Shown: positions 12,393 to 24,030 of the stretch, piece after piece
Position numbering within the stretch: the stretch's first letter is position 1
How the letters are laid out: each line of letters starts with the position of its first letter
Assembly (NCBI RefSeq): GCF_963921235.1
Contig: NC_086110.1
Location: 13,702,001-13,766,000 of the forward strand
Origin: Mobula hypostoma
Lineage: Eukaryota
DNA: 64,000 nucleotides
Direction: 5' to 3'
Made by a program: the position numbers and the translations under genes
Notes under the pieces: generated by a model
Database searches by the model: none
Seen by the model: only the letters and a program-made list of their open reading frames with translations
What the model was told of the DNA's origin: nothing

Positions 12393-15300
12393 CTGTATTG
12401 CTGAAATAATGGCATACATTCCAGAGTAATAAAGTAATAGTAAAAATTTAATCATGAATGCTTCAGCTTCAACTTAAATATTACTGTAAGAAGTAGCCCT
12501 AAATTTCCGGAAGTTTTACAAACACTGCTAGAAATTTTAGCGGTATTCTACCATTATGAAATCAGTGATGTGTGCATGACTACCTTATCTTAGCTGCTAC
12601 AGTCGCTTCGTTTGCATCTAAAGTCGTTACGTAAAATTAAAACGAAATTTGTTGAACTGGGGAAGTGATTAATGAAACACTAGAAGACAAATGTTATCAG
12701 GAGAATGAATCCAGGCGGAAAAAAAAAACATTGAAGTGCGGGAAACATGAAGTAAAACAGAGAAATAGAATACAGAAAATTTTAGTAGATCAGGAACAAC
12801 CAGTTAAACAGAAATAGTTCACGTTCACTTTGCATTCTGCGGTCGTCAATCTAGAGTGTCAACTGGTTCCCTTTCCAAAATCGGTCAGTAGCTACAGATT
12901 ATTTTCTGGTTTGAATCCAAATGGGAGAGGACAATACTTTTTATCCGTTTTAGGCTTTGCTTCCCAAATTGAGGATGATAATCATTCAGCGTAGCATAGT
13001 GGACTAGAAGGTGTCATGTGGGGTTTCGTTTAACATGTGGTTATCATTGTTCACCACATACTACAAGGTCTTGTTGCAAGTATATTCGATACCATTGCAG
13101 GTTACGCACTGCTGTGCGTATCTTTTTGCAGATCGGGGTTAAAACTGCATTTAATATTGCTAGAACCATTTCAGTAAAACAAGATTCCGTTACATTTTTA
13201 CCTTGATGCTGTCCGTCAGTCAAATATAACATACATTACGAATTGATTCGTGCACGTAAGGTACTTTCCCATTGTCCAGTCAACTGCGATTCTCGTAAGC
13301 TAGCATTAAGTAGTTTCTCACACTCTCAGATATGTGTTGAAATACTCGTCAAAACAACTCACCTTCCAATGGTAAATATTACTGTTCACCTGACAATCCA
13401 ACCGGTTATGAACCGGTGTGGATTCTTGAAAGGTTACAAGAAGCAGATGCAAGGAAAATATTCAAATAAATCTTGGATATATACTTGAAAATAAATACTT
13501 GACGGGGAAAATTGTTTTATTTTCCCTACCACGCTCCAAAGTGTTATGCAATAAAATACATTCATAATATCTTTGCTATGCAAATATCCCGCTCTGAAAC
13601 AAGACTAGTCGCTTCACCTACCGGGTCTTCATTCTGACATCCCTCCAAAGAATTTGTGTTACCCCCTTCAGAAAAGAGAACAAAAATAAATGATTTGCAT
13701 TGTAAACATTGAACATTTTTCATTTGATACCAATATAATTAATTAAGTGGAACTGCTGAAGGTACGGATCTTGCAGAAAATATTTGTTAGTAACAGTCGT
13801 GCTAATATACTGTGTTCTGCATTAAGCTGGTGCTAAGCTGAAAAGGCATTGACTTTCAACAAGGTTGTAAAGTGATCATAGCATAACAGCGGCGGTGCTG
13901 TATTTAAGTATGGCAAACAAAATGGAAATTAAAACCAATGAGACGGGCATAAGTTGGTCAATGTTCTTTGCACAATCAGAGGGAATTTAGATATACGCCA
14001 AGACGTTTACGTTTCAAAATACGGAGCTACCATTGTACGGAAAAGACATTTGAAGAACTCCAAAGGGATATAACGGCATTCGTAAATCAGATATGAAATA
14101 ATTCCAGTGGAATCGTGAAATAGTTAAATTTTAAGATCAAGCATGTATTGTGACAGAATATTATCATTGAAATTCGGCTTCGTAAATCGTGATCCATGTC
14201 CAATCATTCTGTAAATGTCATTTACTGTTTTGAAGTTAAATATCATCAACGCTTCTATTTTATACGAATAGAGGTGATGTAAGAAAAGCGATCAGTTTCC
14301 TTACCGTGTGATCTCTTTAACTTCAGTCTCAGCAAAAGTATTATCAGAATTAAGATTGCCGATCCGCCCGCTGCACGTTCGAGAATCAATCTGGTATCAG
14401 CGCCTTGAAAAAGAAACCGTGAACCATTCATACAACTAAACACAAATCCACACATGACAATCAATAGTGCAAACTATTCTTTAGGCTCCTTTCATATCTC
14501 ACCACACAATGATTGGAAAATGCACAGAGTATACAATATAGAACAAAGATATCCGATTTTTAGTTTCTCCAGACACATACGAGCTATTTTCTGAGACTAA
14601 GAATAGGCTCGGCTGCATCTTCCTATACTTCTCTTGACAATAGATATCAGCAAAACTATAGAACGTGTAAACATCAAACAAGATACGATTCTGATCTCGA
14701 TTCAACCGGTTAAATCATGTCTGTCAAGAAGATTCTTTCGTACGATCAAAATGTAAAGGTAACTCGTTGAATCGCCACAGGAGTCCCGATGCAACAACAA
14801 TTCGCTTCCGCATTACATGCTGAAATTACTCGTTAACTTCATGAGTTTATAACACTGTAATCTCTAAGCCTCCTGAATGTGTATCGAGCATATTAAACGT
14901 ATATTCCCACTGTTATGGTTTCCACAGGTTTAGGAGTGACAAACTCGAATTCATGGAAAACTGCGTAATGAAAACATAGACAAAACTAAGTCATCCATTT
15001 GAATTCTGCTGCCTACTATTATTAGAAGGTAATTACGCGGAGATTAAATTTTGACAAAGTCTGTCCACAGTTTCGCTCCCTATGCATTCGTTTCAGGTGG
15101 CAATTAAGTGTCACACCTCAGTGTTCAGGAATTCCTATCTTCATTCAGATTTTGCCCCATCTCCACATTTTTTTCCGGTAAAACTATGTCAATTAAGTAC
15201 ACCTTCGCTTATCAGCAGATGGTTTCCCCCGTTGTTATATCACCATGAGATTCAGAGTTTGTTTTACTTTGTCTCATTTTTGACTAATGTCAAGAATTTT

Positions 15301-18300
15301 GTTACCTTACAAGTACTACACGAATTTAATTTCTTAATTCATCCTGCACGATTTAAACTGAGGGTATAAGAAATTTGTTTTAACACCATTCACATTGAAT
15401 GTTCACTGCAAACAAGTAATCTTAACATTCCGCCCTTCTTCTGTGTTTGGGTAGCTATTCAGCCCCTGTTCTTAACCAGGTTTGATCTACCCACCTATAT
15501 TGTTTGGAAACGTTTCCAACTTCCCGGAACGCTAGAGATTCTGAACGTGTTAAAAACTCAGAGTAGCACACAAAATACTGAAGGTACGCAGCAGATCAGG
15601 AGAGGAATAAAGTAACGACGTTTAGATCCGAGACCTGATGTCAGGACGCAATCAAGACACCATCTTACCTTGCTCCAGGATGTGGCTGAAACAAGCAGGC
15701 ACCGTGAGGGAGACATGCAACACCAGACAGATGTAAACATCTTTTCCCCAAGCAGACTGATTAATTTCCAATAAACTGTAAGCCTCATATAAACCCTCCG
15801 CCGTCCGGTTAATATCCGTTTTTATTCCAGTGTGAATTTGCCTGTTATTTTCTTGCCAGACGATTTGTAATTCCTTCGGGTAGAAGGCAGCTGTTTTACA
15901 AAGGAGTTTCCGAGGAGACGAAAACTCTGCAATAGGAACGATTTCCAATGGAGTTGGGGGAGCTTGAATAAAAAGAGAGTTATTTTGGGTGTTACAATCC
16001 ATTTAGTTCAAATAAATTCCTTTATCTTCCCGCCAATTTCAATGACATCTCATTATCAAATTAGTTACCCGCCATAGGTTCCCAGTATTTTACAAATTAT
16101 TTTAAGTTCAAGTTCAAGTTCATAGTTAATAAACCACACAGATGTACATGGCTAAATGAAACATCCTTCTTTATACTTTATACTATATACTTCATTGTCT
16201 TCTGGGGTCAACTGCAAAATGCAGTCCATGTATTCACACACAGCACGTGCAGTCACCATCCAGTACATACAGTGCAAAATAAACAAAGCAAAATCGAGGC
16301 ACCGTGCAGAGACAGATGAAAGGAAGAATTCGAAGAAGACACCGAGAAGGTGAATCTAAGGCGTGAGAGGTGAGAAAGACATTCTGTTTTGAATGGTCTT
16401 TCAGCTTTATCACATGATTCTCTTTGCGGCAGCGCGTTGGCTTTGGAAAATATTCCTTTCTGTATTTTTTCCATTTCCAATCAAAACTGAACGATAAAAC
16501 CCAAAATATGACAGATGTCCACACTCCGAATGCAAGAAGCTCTTGCACGTTGGTTTAATATTCTGGCAACTCATTTGTTCAGGTAGCTTTTCAGAGCTTA
16601 CGTTGGAGCTTTCCAGTTATAAACATTCACTGATAGAGTTTTCCTCGGAATGTATATCATTGCTAGAAAATTTCTCCCGCATCTAATGTGTTGAATGTGG
16701 CAAATCCTACCCTCCATGAAACAACTAGGAACGGGAAAGCGGAGATGATATTAAACGCATTTATTCTACATTTCTATTCTTTCATAAACCTGTCGGCCTG
16801 CAGCAAAATGGTCGAAAATGACCTGGCACTGCTATACGAACGATGGTGCCCTGCAGAGAGGCAACCGAGGAGCTGAACGAACTCCGCTTCTCTCTGCAGA
16901 GATTTCACTGAAAGGTAAGCCCAAAATTCACGATCTTGTAAATGTGGACTGCTCCCGCTACAACTATGGTTCGTATTTAACTTAGGAAAGTCTATTTTCA
17001 GATTTCTTTATAAATATTTCACAACAGTTAGCATTTCACTCTGCCTACAATGGCCATCCTGAGATCACGGTTGCCCGTACAGCACTGCCATGGACCATAT
17101 ACAGATGACAGATGTTTATGTGCTTGTTGCCATGAGGCAAATTAGTTTGTATAAATCCTCATGGCCCGAGTTGGAGTCCCATCCGAAGTCTTGGGAGGCT
17201 CGTGCATAATTTGAAGGTGCCTTGATAGAGGTATTCAAAATATCCTGACCCACGGGTGAGGAGCCGGAACTGGACATGACTAATTTTTGCAGATGTTCAA
17301 GAAACGCTCTAAGAATGCGCCGCAATCTTTCAGGCTGGTGAGCCTGACGCTTGCAAAGGGTAACTTATTGGAAATATTCCAAGTGACAGGATACATAACT
17401 ATTTAGACAGGTGTGGGAATAGCCATCAAGATCATGCGCATGGTAAGCAGTGTCTGGCTTATCTTAACGAGCTTTTTGAGGAGTTTACCAGAGACCATGT
17501 TGAAGGAAATACAGTAGATGTTGTCTACATGGCAAAACCTTGTGCAAAGTCCGGAATGAGAGGCTGATCAAGATGGTTCGGTTGGCATTCAGGATGAAGT
17601 AGTAAACTGGATTTCACATTGGCTTGGCGGGAAAGCCAGGGAGTGGTAGTGGACGGCTTCTCTCTGACTGGAGGCCTGTAACTAGAGGTGTGCCACGGGA
17701 ATCGGTGCTGGTTACGTTGTCAGTTGTCATCGATATTAATGATTTGTATGATAATGGATTAAACTGGTTCAGGAAATTTGCAGATCTGGAGAGTAGGGAA
17801 TACATGCAATGTGATACGGGACAGCTGTTAAAATGGACTGTAAAATGACAGCTGGAATTTAGCCGCTTCCGAATTCCATTTGTGCGCAACTCTCTACCCT
17901 TTACATTTAAACCTATCAAAATTCATCTCGATTTTACGATTTCTATGTCTCTCCCTATTTTGAAAGGGGAAAGAGGTATAGATTTTGAAAACTTTTGCAA
18001 AACACATTTGGATTGATAATTTGCAGCGCTTGCGACAAATAGGTAAATTATATTGCTATTAATACTTTTGGATCTGGGTGAGTTTGTAACCTTGACATAT
18101 CCTATAAGAGAGTTGATAAAATTGTTCATGATTTGCATCCTGTGTGATGGGAAATCGAGCTTTCCAACTACAGCCACTCACATTAGTAACAATATTATTT
18201 CGACATCTTGCCTGCAAAGCAAATGGACTTGAAAATTAATTCCTTGTTTTTGAAGCACCATCCCGATAATAATGCTAAAGTCGAAGGGTATCACTAACCT

Positions 18301-19178
18301 TGGACATTAGCTTTAAATAGGGGATTGCCGATCGATAGGTCTGCACTAACAGCAGTTGTAAGGAGTACGATACAACAAACAGAATCAACGTTATTTCTCG
18401 CCCAATTGACGCTGCCTGAAATGTGATAATTTGCTTCTGTTCTTTTTAACTCTACAATTGGAGCTTGTAGAATGGGGTTTACTTTAACGCGTGAAACAAA
18501 TCCACACTCGCCATTTGTTTTATCAAATAGTAACATTACATATTAATCTCATCATTAGCTTTAATTTAAATTGCACAAAAGAGAAAATCTCCTCGCAGCC
18601 GCACTAACCGAACACAGTGAGCTTGGAGCCACTTCCATTCCAGAAAGATTGTTCCCGATACTTTGCTCCACAGTAGTAAGTTCCGGAATCGGCGAATTTC
18701 ACATCCAGAAGAACAAGCGTTCCTCTTGTTTTGTCGAGACTAAATCGTTTTCTGCCGTCACTTTCTAAAAATGCATTCTCGCCTTCCCTCCACCAAAGAA
18801 AGTTAACAGTATCTTTTGATATTGGAGTATTGCAGTGCAAGGTAACATTCGTTCCGCCCGGAACGTCCAAGTCCGTAGGGAATTGATATACTCTGAACGC
18901 AAGCACTTCGACTGCTGCCGGAAAAAAAAACAAGAGCATTAATAACAGCTACACACAGGGAATAAATAAGAACCTAAAGACGTGCTGTATGTTACTGAAT
19001 AACGAAGAGACAAAGACGACAGAATTGCTCAACCGCTGAAACTAGGTATGCAGCGGGAACCCAGGTTTAAATTTTCTAAAACAGAATACTCAGTTCAGAA
19101 ACGGAACATTTAACTTAGCATACATAGACAGGTAATAGCCAGAAGCGCCATGTACGAAACCGTAAATTTCTCTGACAT
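12258..19178 (-). CDS. Non-rearranging IgSF receptor gene: leader / germline-joined VJ / C1 / TM / cytoplasmic exons (VJ-C1, SIRP- or NCR3-like architecture)
   Basis: Exons 19178-19124, 18914-18609, 15962-15669, 14403-14305, 13665-13618 (or 13622) and 13424-13363 all have GT/AG ends. Leader through TM are phase 1 and splice into one open frame. The last exon 12392-12258 is tentative. Confidence 0.85.
13363..13424 (-). CDS. Cytoplasmic exon 2
   Basis: Acceptor ttccttgcatctgcttcttgtaacctttcaAG and donor aag|GTGAGT. Open in phase 1 as (E)STPVHNRLDCQVNSNIYHWK. Confidence 0.6.
13618..13665 (-). CDS. Cytoplasmic exon 1 (two possible donors, ending at 13622 or 13618)
   Basis: Strong acceptor tttgttctcttttctgaAG. 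Reads GGNTNSLEGCQNEDP(V), followed by ccg|GTAG|GTGAAG. Confidence 0.7.
   Translation of the reverse strand, partial: GVTQILWRDVRMKTR
14305..14403 (-). CDS. Transmembrane exon
   Basis: GADTRLILERAAGGSAILILIILLLRLKLKRSH: hydrophobic core followed by a basic stop-transfer segment. 99 nt, phase 1-1, GTAAGG donor. Confidence 0.85.
15545..15645 (-). repeat. Degenerate Penelope-type short repeat just downstream of the C1 donor
   Basis: Minus strand reads tcctgacatcaggtctcggatctaaacgtcg...ctgctgcgtaccttcagtattttgtgtg. Confidence 0.45.
15669..15962 (-). CDS. C1-set Ig domain exon
   Basis: LLCKTAAFYPKELQIVW...YICLVLHVSL matches the C1 signature [FY]xCx[VA]xH. 294 nt, phase 1-1, ttattcaAG acceptor and GTAAGA donor. 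Confidence 0.95.
17385..17850 (+). mobile_element. Old degenerate CR1 RT fragment in the V-C1 intron
   Basis: Remnant WRPVTRGVPRESVLVTLSVVIDINDL...KFAD. Confidence 0.8.
18609..18914 (-). CDS. V-type Ig domain exon with germline-joined J motif
   Basis: NVTLHC...FLWWR...DSGTYYC...FWNGSGSKLTVF. 306 nt, phase 1-1. Polypyrimidine tract, NAGNAG acceptor (ggcAGcAG) and GTTAGT donor. Confidence 0.95.
19124..19178 (-). CDS. Leader (signal peptide) exon
   Basis: MSEKFTVSYMALLAITCL plus one base, then a GTATGC donor. Joins the V exon to give ...TCLSVEVLA/FRVYQFP. Intron is 209 bp. Confidence 0.75.
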
Positions 19179-19279
19179 ATTACAGAAACCGAACCGAGCA
19201 ATTTTGGGGTACAAGTGATATTCTGAGGAGTTTGCGGAAGGAATAAAAATTCAAGAGTAAATATATGAACCGTGTAACC

Positions 19280-19296
19280 ATGACGTAGGATGACGC
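19280..19296 (-). promoter_or_regulatory. Tandem CRE half-sites upstream of the VJ-C1 start codon
   Basis: Two TGACG motifs (19281 and 19291) about 100-120 bp upstream of the ATG, with an AT-rich TATA-like catatattta about 20 nt further downstream. Motif match only. Confidence 0.3.
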
Positions 19297-19564
19297 CTCA
19301 CCAAGACAGAAGCAGGTGTTTCAAAGATCGTTATACTGGGCAGACAGGGCAGTGAGACCTCTTCCCTTTTCAATTGTTAAAGGGCTATCCAGGGCTTTCA
19401 AATTTATGTTCGGATTTTGTGCACTATGCTGAATTCAGGAATTATCCATTTCTTTATTTCGAACTAAATTCAGATCTGTGCTCTGCCAAGTGATCCCAAA
19501 TATGGAAATCCACCGCGGAGTCATAAATATCTAATAAAATCTGCGGTTTTGAACTGGATGGGTA

Positions 19565-20415
19565 AGATGGCACTAGCGACAAATGCGACTAACGGCGAAT
19601 TCTTGCAAATGTTCACGATATTTTTCTTCTTCTTCTCCTTCTTTTAAAAAGCATTTTAAATATTATTAATGTGTGCGCGATTGGAGCCTGCAATAAACAA
19701 ATTGATAATGTGTCTTTGGACCAATTGAGGGATCTGGCGCTTTTGGTCTCTCCGAAGGGATTAATGCGTGGTTGAGAAAGAAGCTGAGAACTGAATATGC
19801 GGCTTACTGGTGGAGCATGAATCCAATCGGCTCCGGTATTCGCCTATCTCGCAATAAAAGCGTCGAGCAAGATTCAAAATAAACATGGATGATAGCGCAT
19901 AGCGAACGGGCGTTCAGAGCATCTGTCTGCGTTAAACTCCTCTCTCTCTCTCTCTCTCTCCTTTTCAGTGGTTGCCCGAAGAAGATCATAGAGTCTTGGG
20001 TCGCGGGCAATCGGCACGATCTGTGGATTTGATTCATTTTTAGAGGACTGCTATTTCATTTTATGTGTGTTTCTGGCTACACCATTTTTGTTGCTAATTT
20101 GGACGCGTTTGATGGAGCGCTTCGACGCTAATTGGTTCTGCGGACTACAGCAACATTTTACACCGAACTGAACGACGCCGAACATTCCTAGATTGTTTAA
20201 GGACTCTGGTTTGATGTTTACTATTCTGTGTGTTATTCATTAGTTTTTGCCGTCTGCACGATCTGTTCCTTTATTCCCATAGGATGTTTCATACATTTTT
20301 TTAAGAATGTATCCATGGTGTTTCTTTTTTTCCTGGCTGCATGCGGGAAAACAAATCTCAGGCTGTATACTGCCGACATACTTTGATAGCAAATATACGT
20401 TGACAATGAATCTGA
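19565..20415 (+). repeat. Interspersed repeat (LINE 3'-UTR or SINE-like) containing a (CT)n tract
   Basis: aagatggc start, CT run at about 19937-19961, and a 3' end aaatctcaggctgtatac...actttgatagcaaatatac resembling LINE tails. Family unresolved. Confidence 0.4.
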
Positions 20416-21756
20416 CAAAATAATAACAAGCTTCTTTCATTTCAATTTAGCTTCGCTGTGTTGCTCCGTTTCAATCATATACCATCGGGCAATGATCAAC
20501 TCCCACCACTAACCCCCCACCCCCACGTCCTATGCATTTTCTTGATTATATTTTAGCTCATCTCCCTCTTTCGTTCGAACTCTAGCTGCTCCTGCAAGGA
20601 CATTCTGTAACTCCAAACTGAATTTTGATAGCCATGATTCATATTGTTCTTATCTCACCACTGCACTAACGGTTCCAGAAAACGAGGAGAGCATGTGCGC
20701 TGTTATGGAAAGAAAGACTTTAAGCCTTGACGGGTCAGGTGGGTGTTGCATAAATTAATTTTTTTTCTCCTGATAATTTCCTTTAGGGTTTGTTTATAAA
20801 AGTCCGATTGAAGAAATACTGTTTAATATCTGGAAAAGAAAACCGAAAAGAAATCGATGAACACGACTGGTTTGAACAGTAAGTGCATTCCCTCGGACAC
20901 CGTCATTCACATATCTCCGGTGCAATGTGTGATTTTGGATTCTGAGCAGTCATGAAACTGCATAAGGAAAATGACATATGGTCGAGCAGTAGGTGTATTA
21001 CTTCAGCAATTTTATGAAATGTAAACGCTCGATCATTCGGTGGCGGTATATATTTTATGAAACAAAAGCATAATAATATGGAAACTTCATAAATATATTC
21101 TAGGGATGGATTTGTCGGGTTGTTTTTGGACAAAGTCGGCCCCATGGTTTTCAGCTTCCTCGTTCGCTGCTCTGGCCATTTCGCACGTAGAACTCGGCGA
21201 GAAGCAATAACAAGTGTGGTCTCTGATAGAAAAAAAATAGGATACCGGATAGAGGATGCTGATCACAATGAAGAGAGAACTTAGAGTTGAAACTATACGT
21301 CATTCAGTTTAATGATGATGGTAACACAGAGGTTCGGGAACTATTGCGACTAAATCTATAAAGGGTGCATTGAGGTCACCGCAACTGTTTAACTGCAGTT
21401 CCAAGGATTCATTTTATATCCAATCAGCACGAGTGGAACACGGGGTAATGCTGCTATTTGAAACATTTATTAAATTTGCACAAAGTAACAGGAAGACAGA
21501 AAGAGAATCAATCGGATCTAATGGTTAACCCGGTACAGACATAATAAGCATTCGAATGATAATCATGCAACCATTTGTCTGACACGGCAACGCATACACT
21601 CTTACTCGTTTCTAAAATAAGAATGCAGAATATTCTTCAAACCGTCGTGATTGGCGGTGAAACTATGCTGAGCTTCTTGCGAAAGAAGTAAGGACTCTGA
21701 TTACCAATTCGATCGCCAACTAATTTTCAACAGTTGTGCAATTAGGAATTTTCAAC

Positions 21757-23825
21757 AGTTATGCGGAGCTTCTTTCTTCCTGTCAGGATTAAAGGCAAAG
21801 AGAATAGGAATAAGGATCCTTGGTTCTCAACCGATATTGCAACTCTGATACAGAAGAAGAGGGAGTTGTATGACATGTATAGGAAACAGGGAGTAAATAA
21901 GGTGCTTGAGAAGTATAAAAAGTGCAAGGAAATACTTAAGAAGGAAATCAGGAGGGTTAAAAGAAGACATAAGGTTGCCTTGGCAGTCAACGTGAAGGAT
22001 AATCCAAAGAGCTTTTACAGGTATATTAAGAGTAAAAATTTGTAACGGGTAAAATTGGTCCTCTTGAAGATCAGAGTGGTCGGCTATGTGCGGAACCAAA
22101 AGAAATGGGGGAGATCTTAAATAGTTTTTTTGCGTCTGTATTTACTAAGGAAACTGGCATGAAGTCTTTGGAATTAAAGGAAACAAGTAGTGAGACCATG
22201 GAAACTGTACAGATTGAAAAGGAGGAGGTGCTTGCTGTCTTCAGGAAAATTAAAGTGGATAAATCCCCGGGACCTGACAGAGTGTACCCTCGGACCTTGA
22301 AGGAGACTAGTGTTGAAATTGCAGGGGCCCTGGCAGAAATATTTAAAATGTCGCTGTCTACCGGTAAGGTGCCGGAGGATTGGAGAGTGGCTCATGTTGT
22401 TCCGTTGTTTTAAAAAGGATCGAAAAGTAATCCGGGAAATTATAGGCCGGTAAATTTGACGTCAGTAATTGGTAAATTATTGAAGGGAAGACTGAGAGAC
22501 AGAATCTACAAGCATTTGGATAGACAAGGACTCATTAGGGAGAGTCAACATGGCTTTGTGCGTGGTAGGTCATGCTTGACCAATCTATTGGAGTTTTTCG
22601 AGGAGGTTACCACGAAAGGGGATGAAGGGAAGGCAGTGGATGTTGTCTATATGGACTTCAGTAAGCCTTCGACAAGGTCCCGCATGGGAGGTTAGCTAGG
22701 AAAATTCATTCTCTAGGTATACATGGAGAGGTGGTAAATTGGATTAGACATTGGCTCAACGGACAAAGCCAAAGAGTGGTAGTAGAGAATTGCTTCTCTG
22801 AGTGGAGGCCTGTGACTAGTGGTGTGCCACAGGGATCAATGTTGGGTCCATTGTTATTTGTCATCTATATCAATGATCTGGATGATAATGTGGTAAATTG
22901 TATCAGCAAATTTGCTGATGTTACAAAGATTGGAGGTGTTGTGGACAATGAGGATGGTTTTCAAAGCTTGCAGATGGATTTGGACCAGCTGGAAAAAATG
23001 GGCTGAAAAATGGCAGATGCGTTTAATACAGACAAGTGTGAGGTATTGCACTTTGGAAGGACAAACCAAGGTAGAACATACAGGAGTAATGGTAAGGCAC
23101 TGAGGAGTGCAGTAGAACAGAGGGATCTGGGAATACAGATGCAAAATTCCTTCAAAGTGGCGTCACAGGTAGATAGGGTCGTAAAGAGAGGTTTTGGTAC
23201 ATTGGCCTTTATTAATCAAAGAGCTATAATGTTATGATGAGGTTGTATAAGGCATTGGTGAGGCCGAATCTGGAGTATTGTGTTCATTTTTGGTCACCAA
23301 ATTACAGGAAGGATATTACTAAGTTTGAAAGGGTGCAGAGAAGGTTTACAAGGATGTTGCAGGGACTTAGGAAACTCAGTTACAGAGAAAGGTTGAATAG
23401 GTTAACACTGTATTCCCTGGAACGTAGAAGAATGAGGGGAGATTTGATAGAGGTATATAAAATTATGACGGATATAGATAGAGTGAATGCAAACAGGCTT
23501 TTTCCACTGAAGCAAGCAGAGAAAAAAAAACAGAGGACATGGGTTAAGGGTGGGGGGATGGAGTTTAAGGGAAACATTGGGGGGTGCTTCTTCACACAGA
23601 GAGTGGTGGGAGTGTGGAATGAGCTGCCAGACGAGGTGGTAAATGCGAGTTATTTTTTAACATTCAAGAATAAATTCGACAGATATATGGATGGGAGGTA
23701 TATGGAGGGACATCGTCCGTGTGCAGGTCAGGGGACTAGGCAGAATATGGTTCGGCACAGCCAAGAAGGGCCAAAAGGCCTGTTTCTGTGCTGTAGTTTC
23801 TATGGTTTCTATGGTTCTATGGAAT
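21757..23825 (+). mobile_element. 5'-truncated CR1 LINE
   Basis: Frameshifted RT ORFs 21761-23884 (KSPGPD, QHGFVRGRSCLTNL, SGVPQGSMLGP) and a (gtttctatg)n tail. Confidence 0.95.
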
Positions 23826-23857
23826 CGCCACGAATCAGCGGGGACGTTGCGCTGTTT

Positions 23858-24030
23858 TTATTGACACGGTATCGCCGTCACTGAACTGTATCTCCTGCCC
23901 TCTCCGAAATGAAATCGTGTAGGTGCTTCGAGCATGAAGTTGTTCGCAGTTAACACATATTTTATCCTTGGATCCCAGTGGATGTAATTAAGGTCGGGTT
24001 GTTTATAAGTTCGTCCAGGAGAGGATGAAT
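23858..24030 (-). pseudogene. Diverged tandem duplicate of the ITIM tail segment
   Basis: SSPGRTYKQPDLNYIHWD...RFHFGEGRRYSSVTAIPCQ*, colinear with the 24159-24290 segment. The stop codon overlaps AATAAA. Confidence 0.55.

Noticed and set aside
18613-18619. Perfect RSS heptamer CACAGTG in the J-like end of the V exon
   Set aside because: It is only the codons for LTV on the other strand. No nonamer follows at 12 or 23 bp.
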